Below are positions 8,744 through 17,332 of a DNA stretch of 63,885 bases, piece after piece. The DNA lies in assembly GCA_021852275.1 (NCBI GenBank), contig JAJZNX010000124.1, positions 1 to 63,885 of the forward strand, read 5' to 3'. Position 1 is the first letter of the stretch, and each line of letters begins with the position of its first letter. A program made the position numbers and the translations under genes. The notes beneath the pieces are model-generated. The model was not told the DNA's origin. It saw nothing but the letters and a program-made list of their open reading frames with translations, and made no database searches. The stretch comes from Planctomycetota bacterium. GTDB taxonomy: Bacteria > Planctomycetota > Phycisphaerae > WQYP01.

Positions 8744-9910
8744 TTAAGTGGTTGCGCTGAACACTGCCGATGTGATGCCGCTTTGTGGATTCGTCACTTC
8801 AAAGAGCACCGTGCTACCAGATCCCAACACCCAACCATTGGAACCGTAGGCACCGCTTAGTCCACTGATAACGATTTGGGTATTGGTCCAGGATGTTACA
8901 TTGACAGTTACTGCATCACCCGTATAACCAGCCGCCACAACTCCAGGATCAACAATCACCAAATCGCTGCTGTCACCGTTAAAGGCGGCTTGCGTTCCAA
9001 AATTATTGCCGCTGATGAAGATTTGCCAGTTATTGCCGCCGGATATCGGCTGTGCAAAAACACCGGAAATAGATGGGGTAACATTTGCCCCTGGCACAGT
9101 GTAACTGAAGGTGGAGGCACCTAAACTATCTTGCGGATTGCTGATGTTGAAATCAAGGGTATTCCCGGCGCTGATGGTCCAGCCATTCTGGCCGTATGCG
9201 CCATTGAACCCGTTAATGACGATTTGATCATTATTCCACAAACCCACATTGGCCGTTACGGCATCACCGTTAAAACCAGCCTGCACAATTCCCGGATCCA
9301 AAACGCTTATATCGGCGTTGTTACCAAGGTATGCCGCCTGATCGCCCAACCCGTGGCCGCTGATGAATACCTGCCAGTTATTGCCGCCGGATATCGGCTG
9401 CATAAACACGCCGTCAACCTGCGGCGTGCCGGGAACCGTGAGATTGGTTACCGCGGAAACATTTGTTTGCGGATTCATAACCGCAATCACCAACGAATCC
9501 GCCGGGCTGATAACCCAGCCATTGGTGCCATAGGCACCAGAAAGTCCGTCAATGGTAATTGAGCTTACACCCGTGGTGGAATTGGTGGTCCAGGACGTAA
9601 CATTCAAAGTCACTGCGTCACCAGTCTGACCGCCGGTGAACACGCCAAAATCCACCACGGTAATATCGCCACCGCCAGTCGGTGACGTACTGCTGCCCAA
9701 ATTACTCCCATTGATCGTGATGGAATAATTGTTTGTACTGCCCGAGAGAGCGGAAATACTGGCTGATGTTATCACCGGTGCAGCACTAAGCATCACCCGC
9801 GGTTCCAAGGCTTCAAACAGTCGCCGTGGCTGACGCCGCTTCTGCTGCTCGTCGATCCTGTCGCTAAACACACCATTATTACGATTAAAGATTCGGGCTA
9901 AAATACTCAT
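8744..9910 (-). CDS. LEPR-XLL leader secreted protein (paralogue 4): three IPT/TIG-like modules only
   Basis: GGAG RBS; RRLFEALEPRVMLS; three copies of the shared module and no other domain. Confidence 0.9.
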   Translation of the reverse strand: MSILARIFNRNNGVFSDRIDEQQKRRQPRRLFEALEPRVMLSAAPVITSASISALSGSTNNYSITINGSNLGSSTSPTGGGDITVVDFGVFTGGQTGDAVTLNVTSWTTNSTTGVSSITIDGLSGAYGTNGWVISPADSLVIAVMNPQTNVSAVTNLTVPGTPQVDGVFMQPISGGNNWQVFISGHGLGDQAAYLGNNADISVLDPGIVQAGFNGDAVTANVGLWNNDQIVINGFNGAYGQNGWTISAGNTLDFNISNPQDSLGASTFSYTVPGANVTPSISGVFAQPISGGNNWQIFISGNNFGTQAAFNGDSSDLVIVDPGVVAAGYTGDAVTVNVTSWTNTQIVISGLSGAYGSNGWVLGSGSTVLFEVTNPQSGITSAVFSATT

Positions 9911-9969
9911 CAGGTTACTCCATATTAACAGGACTACACGGAATCGTTAAAAACCACCACTTACACATT

Positions 9970-9998
9970 AGTATACGCAATAATCGGCCACATAGCAA
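9970..9998 (-). promoter_or_regulatory. sigma70-like promoter for paralogue 4 (TTGCTA-17-TATACT)
   Basis: Minus strand TTGCTA 9998-9993, 17 bp, TATACT 9975-9970. Confidence 0.55.
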
Positions 9999-10021
9999 AA
10001 AAAAGCCCACGAAAAGTGGGC
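9997..10021 (-). terminator. Rho-independent terminator insulating the LEPR-XLL array from the upstream oxidoreductase
   Basis: GCCCAC-TTTTC-GTGGGC followed by 8 T on the minus strand. Confidence 0.75.
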
Positions 10022-10231
10022 ATAACGTTGGCTGCAAATTTACAATTAACGCATAACGTCCGATAACTTTTCGGGCGGAGCGACACAGAATCGCTATTTC
10101 CGCAACTGCAAAACATCATCCGTTATCGCAGTCGATGCTTATGAGCAGCCCGGCGCAAAACAATCTATGTTCGTCCGATGCCAATCATCCCAACCCAACT
10201 CATTGCTTTTGCCATCCGAACTTCTGGCAAA

Positions 10232-11341
10232 TTACGCGATTAACACTTCCTTGCCGGCCTCGCCGGAACGGTACACGCCGTCAATAATCTTTTGTACTGC
10301 AATGCCCGCTTCCCCCGGAGCTTCCAGAGGCGTGTTGTGTATAATCGCATGGATAAAGTTCCGCTGTTTTTCCACAAAGAGCGAGCTAAAATCGGAATTT
10401 TCCAGAAACGCCGGCTGGGAATTAATCATCGTTCCAGCGCGATCGGTGAACAGACCCGGCGGATCCCAGTTGGCACCACCTTTGTCGCCGATCAGGCTGA
10501 AATTCCATACATCTTTTTCGATATGGGCCGCGAATGACGCTTCAATCTGCATGATCGCACCATTGGCAAAACGAATATGGCCGATGGCCAGGTCTTCCAC
10601 GGTATACGTCTTCCAGTCCCACTGCGGCCAGGCTGAAACTATATTACTCGGCTTGTTGCCCATATAAGTCCAGAAATTGCCGGTAGCCGCCACCGGCTTG
10701 GGAGATCCCATGATGTAGTGGGCCATCTCAATAACATGCACACCAATGTCAATCATGGGGCCACCACCCTGCAACTTCTTCTGGCCGAACACCCCCCAGT
10801 TGGGTATGCCCCGGCGGCGCAACGCCCGGCATTTCACATACATGATGTTGCCGAACTGCCCTTCATCCCGGGCCCGCTTGATCATCTGAGTGGTGGGATG
10901 ATAGCGGTATTGAAAACCAACGGCCAGTTTGCGCTTGTTCTTCTTAGCCGCGTCAATCATGGCCTGACATTCCTTCGGACTCATGGCCATCGGTTTTTCC
11001 GTCATCACGTGCGCTCCGGCATTCAAAGCAGCAATCGCGGCCGGTGCGTGCACCCCATTGGGGGTACAAACATCCACGACATCCGGCTTGACTTCCTTAA
11101 GCATCTTTTTGTAATCCAGGTATACGCCCTGAACGCCGTGCTCATCGCGAATCCAATCCAGCCGGTCCGGCTTGATGTCCGCTCCGGCGACCACTTCCAC
11201 CTCGGGAATTTTTTTGTAAGCCGCCAGATGCGTTCCGGAAATTCCGCCACATCCGATAAACGCCACACGAACTTTCTTACCTTTGAATTCCTGTTTTTTT
11301 TCGCCGCCCAATGATTCCGTTGAAACACCTGAGTTAGCCAT
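10232..11341 (-). CDS. Gfo/Idh/MocA family NAD(P)-dependent oxidoreductase
   Basis: VAFIGCGGIS Rossmann motif, CTPNGVH, EKPMA, GGGPMIDIGVH. Confidence 0.93.
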   Translation of the reverse strand: MANSGVSTESLGGEKKQEFKGKKVRVAFIGCGGISGTHLAAYKKIPEVEVVAGADIKPDRLDWIRDEHGVQGVYLDYKKMLKEVKPDVVDVCTPNGVHAPAAIAALNAGAHVMTEKPMAMSPKECQAMIDAAKKNKRKLAVGFQYRYHPTTQMIKRARDEGQFGNIMYVKCRALRRRGIPNWGVFGQKKLQGGGPMIDIGVHVIEMAHYIMGSPKPVAATGNFWTYMGNKPSNIVSAWPQWDWKTYTVEDLAIGHIRFANGAIMQIEASFAAHIEKDVWNFSLIGDKGGANWDPPGLFTDRAGTMINSQPAFLENSDFSSLFVEKQRNFIHAIIHNTPLEAPGEAGIAVQKIIDGVYRSGEAGKEVLIA

Positions 11342-11476
11342 TCCAAGATTCCTTTAAATAAAACCGCTTAAGCCAATCTTAAGTCATAGTCGGCCATTGT
11401 CTGAACTTCATAAGAATTTGCAAGTAACCCATCCTGGCACCCCCATACCGCCCCGCCGAATTTTCCCTTGCCGGAA

Positions 11477-11890
11477 TCACTGCGAAACATGATTCAGATA
11501 TTCCTGCAATATGCCTGCCGCAGCAACCGCGTCTATCCGCTGTCGCTTCTGCCGGCGCGTGAAGTGGCCCGCCAGGCGGGCTTGGGCTTCATGGCTGGTC
11601 AGCCTCTCATCCACTCTGGCTACCGCAATTCCGGTCGCCTGCTCCACCTGCAGGATAAATTGCTCCACCTTCTGGGCCTGCGGACCGGCACTGCCATCCA
11701 TATTCAGTGGAATTCCGCATACAATCAACTCTACCCCTTCCATTTTGGCCAAACGCCCAATCTCCACCACCAGGGCGGCATCCGAAAAATTTTCCAGCAG
11801 CTTCAGCGGCGTAGCCAGTCGCGATTGCGTTTCACCCAAAGCCACTCCGGTACGTTTGCCACCGTAATCAATGCCAAGCACTCGAGCCAT
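11477..11890 (-). CDS. ruvX: Holliday junction resolvase RuvX / pre-16S rRNA nuclease YqgF
   Basis: VLGIDYGGKRTGVA, GIPLNMDG, VDERLTS, IDAVAAAGILQ; start placed at MARVLG. Confidence 0.93.
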   Translation of the reverse strand: MARVLGIDYGGKRTGVALGETQSRLATPLKLLENFSDAALVVEIGRLAKMEGVELIVCGIPLNMDGSAGPQAQKVEQFILQVEQATGIAVARVDERLTSHEAQARLAGHFTRRQKRQRIDAVAAAGILQEYLNHVSQ

Positions 11891-11913
11891 TGGTCTAACC
11901 GCTGCTCCCCAGA

Positions 11914-12990
11914 TCACACATACCGTTCCCCAAACTCGCTTTGCAGTTTACTCACCATCTGTTTAATATTTTCCGCCTGCTGCGTAGGACAGATCAACGT
12001 CGCCTCCGGCGTATGCACAATGGTAAGATCCTGCACACCTATCGTGGCGATAAGATGATTCTCCTGCGATACCGCCACCACGCCATGAGAATTGAGCGCC
12101 GCAAGTTGACACCCGGCAGATTTATTTCCCGCGGCGTCGGCGGTCAGTGTTGCGGCAAAGCTGCCCCAACTGCCTACATCCAGCCATTGCACCGGCATTG
12201 GAATCACCGCCACATCCGGGGATTTTTCCATCACCGCATAATCAATACTTACCTTGGGCAACGAAGGATAAATTTCCACCAGTTTGGCCTGATAATCCGG
12301 CAACTGCCAGCACCTGGCAATTTCCATCACTCCGGCGTAGGTGGCCGGGGCATACCGCCGGATTTCTTCCAATATGGTCTGCGCCTTCCATACAAACATA
12401 CCGCTGTTCCACAAATACTCACCGGATGAAACGTATTGCTGGGCAGTTTGGCGATCAGGCTTTTCCTTAAAGGCCTGTACCCGCAGGGCCTGGCTGCCGG
12501 CGGCCAGCGGCTGCCCCTTGTGTACGTAGCCAAACCCGGTAGCCGCATGCGTAGGCGTTATGCCAAATGTCACCAGCGTCTGTGGATGGCGTTCCACTGT
12601 ATCAAAACCCGCTTCCAGACAGCGCGTAAATGTGTCCAGCGGTTCAATTAAATGATCGGCCGTCAGCACCGCCATGGTAGCATCCGCATCGACCCGGCTC
12701 AGAATGGCCGCCGAAAAGCCGACCGCGTTGACCGTATCCCGGCCACACGGTTCCCCAAGAATTTGGGCGGCAGAAAATCCGGGCATTTCTTTTTGGATCT
12801 TCTCAACGTAATCCGCCCCGGTGCAGATATACACGCGCGACGCATCCACCACCCCAACCGGCCGCCGTACCGCAATTTCCAGTAAACATCGACCATCAAT
12901 CAACGGCAGCAACTGCTTGGGCCTGGCACGTGTGGACATGGGCCAAAGCCGGGTTCCCGCTCCGCCCGCCATGATCACTGCATAACGCAT
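11914..12990 (-). CDS. manC: mannose-1-phosphate guanylyltransferase
   Basis: VIMAGGAGTRLWPMS..PKQLL, EPCGRDT, FKEKPD, WNSGMF, SIDYAVMEK, WLDVGSW. Confidence 0.92.
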   Translation of the reverse strand: MRYAVIMAGGAGTRLWPMSTRARPKQLLPLIDGRCLLEIAVRRPVGVVDASRVYICTGADYVEKIQKEMPGFSAAQILGEPCGRDTVNAVGFSAAILSRVDADATMAVLTADHLIEPLDTFTRCLEAGFDTVERHPQTLVTFGITPTHAATGFGYVHKGQPLAAGSQALRVQAFKEKPDRQTAQQYVSSGEYLWNSGMFVWKAQTILEEIRRYAPATYAGVMEIARCWQLPDYQAKLVEIYPSLPKVSIDYAVMEKSPDVAVIPMPVQWLDVGSWGSFAATLTADAAGNKSAGCQLAALNSHGVVAVSQENHLIATIGVQDLTIVHTPEATLICPTQQAENIKQMVSKLQSEFGERYV

Positions 12991-13237
12991 AATTTTCTCC
13001 GCAACACCATGCCCAGACCGGACCGATCATTTTTTTTCATGGAGCATCTCACCTTTTCACCCGGGCTGCGACGGCTCGCTGACAACAGGTTCAACCGCAA
13101 TACCATTTCAGCCCGCCCTCATTGCCCCTATAATGCTCTGTGGCGATGATAATGCCAAGCGCCCAAGGGGATCTGCGAAGGAAGACATGGTCGCCAAGAG
13201 TCGCCGGGTAACTTGCAGATCCGAAAGGAATTCCAGG

Positions 13238-14851
13238 ATGCCATGTATTATTTCACGGTCCATCGGCGCTGCCACGGCGGCCTTGCTGTTGACGATTTGC
13301 GCAAACATCCCGCCAGTGGCCGCTAAAAGCCCCGCCACCAATCTGGTGCGACTGGCGGCTCCACATTTCAATGCGGCCAAAAATAGCTTCTCCATTCCCG
13401 CCGCCTTCTGGAACGAACATCTCACCAATTGGCTGGATGTGGCCATCTGCGGTCGACCCAGTAACTTTCTCCACGAAACCATTTTAAGCATCCAGACCAC
13501 ACGCACCATCATCCGCCAAGCCATGCAGACCATCGGCTTTGTTAATGCCGATGCCTGGGCTCCCGATTTTCACGATTTTGTGCAGGTTCGCGGCCAACCT
13601 TTGCTGATTCTGGTACGCTTTCGCCAGCACGGAAAGCTGCGCACCTATCCACTGGAAGAACTGATCTCTCTGGAACAGTGGAATATCTCCATCGGCCCCA
13701 TCGGCTGGCTATACCTGGGCACTCCCGAAACTCATGCCCCCACCCTGCATGCCCAGAACTACCAGCCTGGGCAACGGGCCAATCCCAATGCCATTCTCGT
13801 TGACGATCCACAGGTGGCCATGCAGTTCCGAGGTATTCAATCCACCTCGCAGGCGCTGGTGGATAATCCGCTGTGTTTTGACGGCTGGATTTATCCCAAT
13901 ATCCGCTATTTCCGCAATACTTCCCTCATCCCCTGGAAAGTTTACAACAGCAACGGAGCGATCCCAACCACTCTTATATTTCGCCGCGTATCCGAAGTGG
14001 ATTACCTGCAGCAGTGTGCGCGATACTGGCATGACGCCGCCTTTGCCAAATACATACTGACTCATTTACCCATCGCCCGAAAAATTGATCACTTCCGAAA
14101 AATGCTTTGGCAACTTACCCATGCCCAGCACAAAACATGGAATAATTCAACCACCGTACAATATGCCGCCGCCAATCTGCAAGCCGGCTATGCCGCCCTT
14201 GATGCGGCATGGATCAACTGGGATTTCCACCACGCCCGATTTGGCCCCGGCTCGCCGGCCATTGTCGCCGCCATTAAAGCTCGAGCCACACTTTTCGACC
14301 AATACATGCACCAGCGCCAAGAGCGCTGGGCACAATGGCTTATTGCCGCCGGAGCGGCACGCGAACTCTCTGCATTACGAAAAAAAACGCCTGCTCCAGC
14401 ACCAGCAACTTTAGCCCGGCTGCAGGCCCGGGAGTTGGCCGCCCGTTCCCGCGCCATGCTGCTCAAAAATGCCCAGGCGCTGCAAATGTGGACCCAAAAA
14501 TTGAAAAGTCTCTCCCCCAACGACCCACGCAAACAATGGATCAAAGATGTCCATGCCGAATTTCACTTAGCCCGCGCCCGCCAACGACTCGGCAATGTCG
14601 GAATCGCCTATGCTCACGCCCTGCGTTTGCATTCGCCAAAACAACTCGCCGCCGCCCAAAAAGAGTACATTCTAGCTATTTTGCGGACCACTCTGGCCGG
14701 AGCCATCGTTCGCCGGGTGAATATCGAGTTTGAAATTTCCACCCAGCGTGGGTTCGCATCTAAAAGCCACATGAGCCGGTTACAAGCCGCCAAGGCCGCG
14801 TTACTCCAGGAAATCAAAACCATCCGCAGCCACATCGCCCAGATGCGCTGA
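13238..14851 (+). CDS. exported hypothetical protein, possible YdjY-like N-terminal domain plus long helical C-terminus
   Basis: ATG 13238 after AAAGGA; Sec-like signal (GAATAALLLTICANIPPVAA); ICGRPSNFLHETILS resembles YdjY-family motifs as recalled; very basic composition. Confidence 0.6.
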   Translation: MPCIISRSIGAATAALLLTICANIPPVAAKSPATNLVRLAAPHFNAAKNSFSIPAAFWNEHLTNWLDVAICGRPSNFLHETILSIQTTRTIIRQAMQTIGFVNADAWAPDFHDFVQVRGQPLLILVRFRQHGKLRTYPLEELISLEQWNISIGPIGWLYLGTPETHAPTLHAQNYQPGQRANPNAILVDDPQVAMQFRGIQSTSQALVDNPLCFDGWIYPNIRYFRNTSLIPWKVYNSNGAIPTTLIFRRVSEVDYLQQCARYWHDAAFAKYILTHLPIARKIDHFRKMLWQLTHAQHKTWNNSTTVQYAAANLQAGYAALDAAWINWDFHHARFGPGSPAIVAAIKARATLFDQYMHQRQERWAQWLIAAGAARELSALRKKTPAPAPATLARLQARELAARSRAMLLKNAQALQMWTQKLKSLSPNDPRKQWIKDVHAEFHLARARQRLGNVGIAYAHALRLHSPKQLAAAQKEYILAILRTTLAGAIVRRVNIEFEISTQRGFASKSHMSRLQAAKAALLQEIKTIRSHIAQMR

Positions 14852-14886
14852 TACCATCCAGCATCACGCCACACGCCGACAGACCA

Positions 14887-15768
14887 TTACGAGGCCTCGC
14901 AAAACTTGCGAGTCCGCATCCACTTTGCACAGGCCGCCGGCCACTGTGACAGGACGGGGTCGTTGCCGCCCAGACCATAGCCGTGACCACCATGATCATA
15001 CGTAACCACATCATTGGGAATTTGGTGGCGGGTCAAGGCATCGGCCATCATAATGGAATTGTCCACCGGCACGGCTTTATCATCCGTAGAATGTACAAAA
15101 AAGCACGGTGGCGTAGCGGCGGTTACCTGTAAATGGCTGGACAGTTTCTTCCGGAGTTCGATGGAAGCATCCGGCCCCAGTAAATTCGCACAAGAACCTT
15201 CATGGCACATCGGCCCCGTAAAGGTAATCACCGGATATACCAGAATGGCCAGATCCGGCCGCGAACTAACACGATCCACCGGATCCTTGCGCCCCGCGTC
15301 GGCAGGTTCAAACTGCGTGGCGGCGGTGGAAGCCAGATGGCCGCCGGCGGAAAATCCCAAAATACCCACTCGGCCCGCATCAAGTTGCCACGGCCCCGCC
15401 ATCGCCCGAACCGTGCGTATGGCCCGCGCTGCATCCATCAGCATGGCCGGGTGCCGGTAATTATTTGCTCCCAGGCGATAACGCAACACAAAAGCGGCAA
15501 TCCCAATAGAATTTAACCATTGAGCCACGGGGTCTGCTTCGTGCTCTGCCAGTCCCCAATAGCCTCCACCGGGACATACCACAACGGTGGCACACTTGGC
15601 CGGTAAATTGGGCGGCGTAAACGCAATCATCGCCGGAATGTCGGCTGGTCCGTCACCGTGACTTAGCGGTGCAGCCTGATCCCACAAACGAATAAACGTT
15701 CCCACGACAGGTCTGGATTTTAGCGATAAAACGCTTTGGTAACCGGTACGCTGTGTTAATGGCGTCAT
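14887..15768 (-). CDS. alpha/beta hydrolase (acetyl esterase / BD-FAE-like)
   Basis: CPGGGY, GILGFSAGGHL nucleophile elbow, DKAVP Asp, HGGHGYG His; GAGGAG RBS before ATG 15768. Confidence 0.88.
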   Translation of the reverse strand: MTPLTQRTGYQSVLSLKSRPVVGTFIRLWDQAAPLSHGDGPADIPAMIAFTPPNLPAKCATVVVCPGGGYWGLAEHEADPVAQWLNSIGIAAFVLRYRLGANNYRHPAMLMDAARAIRTVRAMAGPWQLDAGRVGILGFSAGGHLASTAATQFEPADAGRKDPVDRVSSRPDLAILVYPVITFTGPMCHEGSCANLLGPDASIELRKKLSSHLQVTAATPPCFFVHSTDDKAVPVDNSIMMADALTRHQIPNDVVTYDHGGHGYGLGGNDPVLSQWPAACAKWMRTRKFCEAS

Positions 15769-15996
15769 ACGGTTCTCCTCTTCTGGCCGGTTATTGTTCA
15801 CCATTTGTGGTTGAATTTCAACCTCGGATATGCGGGGAACATTTCTATTCCGGCTAAGGGATGGCAATTTTACTTCAGTACAACACGCTGGCATCTCATA
15901 AATAGAACGGGTATACTATTTGGGTTAGTTGGCCGGAATAGGCAGTAAAGGCTTATTCAAGTGATGCCACGGGATTTAGTTAGTTAGAGGTTTATC

Positions 15997-16263
15997 ATGG
16001 CTCATAAGAAGGGACAAGGTTCCACCCATAATGGTCGCGACAGCAATCCAAAATACCTGGGAATTAAGGCCTACGCAGGGGAATTGGTTACTACCGGATC
16101 GATCATTGTCCGGCAGCGCGGAACCAGGTTCAAGGCCGGTAAAAATGTCGGTTTAGCGCGAGATGATTCGCTGTTTGCTCTTGCCGGAGGTCGGGTGAGG
16201 TTTGCCTCTAACCGTAAGGTCTCAGTGGATCCGGAGCCTGCTGCCGCTCCCGTTGCCGGATAA
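15997..16263 (+). CDS. rpmA: 50S ribosomal protein L27
   Basis: [24 protein letters not shown]...[12 protein letters not shown]. Confidence 0.98.
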   Translation: MAHKKGQGSTHNGRDSNPKYLGIKAYAGELVTTGSIIVRQRGTRFKAGKNVGLARDDSLFALAGGRVRFASNRKVSVDPEPAAAPVAG

Positions 16264-16323
16264 CCGGTTCTGCCAGCCGGAAGCATGCCTTCACGTGAAC
16301 ATTATTACAACCATCAAGGGCAG

Positions 16324-16351
16324 CTTCGCGCTGCAGCGGGAAGTATTTTTT
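16324..16351 (+). terminator. possible terminator after rpmA
   Basis: CTTCGCGC-TGCA-GCGGGAAG imperfect stem followed by TATTTTTT. Confidence 0.4.
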
Positions 16352-16427
16352 ATAAAGTGTTGGTACTCTGGTGCCGGGTAAGTGTGGGTGCCTTAATTCG
16401 CATAGCCTCTGAAAGGCCGTATAATCG

Positions 16428-17165
16428 ATGGAAGATAAACTTCTTGACCATGTATCCTGGACATCGCAAGATTTTCTCGGACGTCCCATCCGCGGCATAA
16501 TCCTGCGTTTTGGAGGTCTGGGAAACATGGATATGCGGGCGGGTGGGGGCGACCCGATGGAGTTGGAGTGGTCCGAGCTTGGCGGCTTGGTGGTGCAGCC
16601 GTTTCACGAACCTTGGGCATGGATGAATCCATCTACTCAGCGATTTGTCGATGAGCTTATAGATGCCCTGCTGGTCCGGCACCAACTGCCGGCAAGCACA
16701 CCGATAATTGCCACCGGTGGATCGATGGGTGGACATGGCGCACTGGTATATAGCCGCTACAGTCGCCACCGGGTGACAGCGTGTTTGGCCCTCTGGCCAG
16801 TCTGCGACGCTCTATTTCATTATAGCGAACGGGTGGATCTTCCACGCACCATGCATCACGCATTTGGCAGTTACGGAAATATCGAACCTGCACTGCTGCG
16901 GCATTCTCCGCTGCACTTAGCGGATCAAATGCCGGACATCCCTTATTTGATCGTACATGGTGCGCAGGATAAGGCCGTCAGCAAAAGCAGCCATTCCGAT
17001 AAGTTCGTCGCCGCGATGCGGGTCCTGGGACGGCGGATAGAGTATGTGGAAGTGGCGAATCTCGGGCATGGTGGCCCGATGGATTACCGCACCTATCGCC
17101 GAATCGTAGATTTCGTTGCGGCGATGCTAACTGCGGCCGACGAAAAATGCCGCGTGCCATCGTGA
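16428..17165 (+). CDS. prolyl oligopeptidase-family (S9-like) alpha/beta hydrolase
   Basis: GGSMGGHGAL, VHGAQDKAV, NLGHGG catalytic triad motifs. Confidence 0.82.
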   Translation: MEDKLLDHVSWTSQDFLGRPIRGIILRFGGLGNMDMRAGGGDPMELEWSELGGLVVQPFHEPWAWMNPSTQRFVDELIDALLVRHQLPASTPIIATGGSMGGHGALVYSRYSRHRVTACLALWPVCDALFHYSERVDLPRTMHHAFGSYGNIEPALLRHSPLHLADQMPDIPYLIVHGAQDKAVSKSSHSDKFVAAMRVLGRRIEYVEVANLGHGGPMDYRTYRRIVDFVAAMLTAADEKCRVPS

Positions 17166-17332
17166 AAAGCCGGCCCGGCTACTCTGGTGCTGTCAGCGGA
17201 CTGGGCACTCGAGGCCGATCTTGCCAAGTTCTGGTGGCCTCAATGACGCGTGAGGCCACTGACAAAATTGCCGGTCACGTACGTTCCACCGTACTGGAAT
17301 AAACGCCGTCAAGCGGTCCAGGTGAAGGTAAA

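Noticed and set aside
177-9562. Many 100-300 aa plus-strand ORFs with repeated 'MPxLLPLMNICQLL' text
   Set aside because: Antisense shadows of the repeated module and repeat codons of the minus-strand LEPR-XLL genes; no RBS or independent motifs
13141-13170. GGCGATG start resembling a fluoride (crcB) riboswitch
   Set aside because: No complementary pseudoknot segment or GCTRATG motif, and the downstream gene is unrelated
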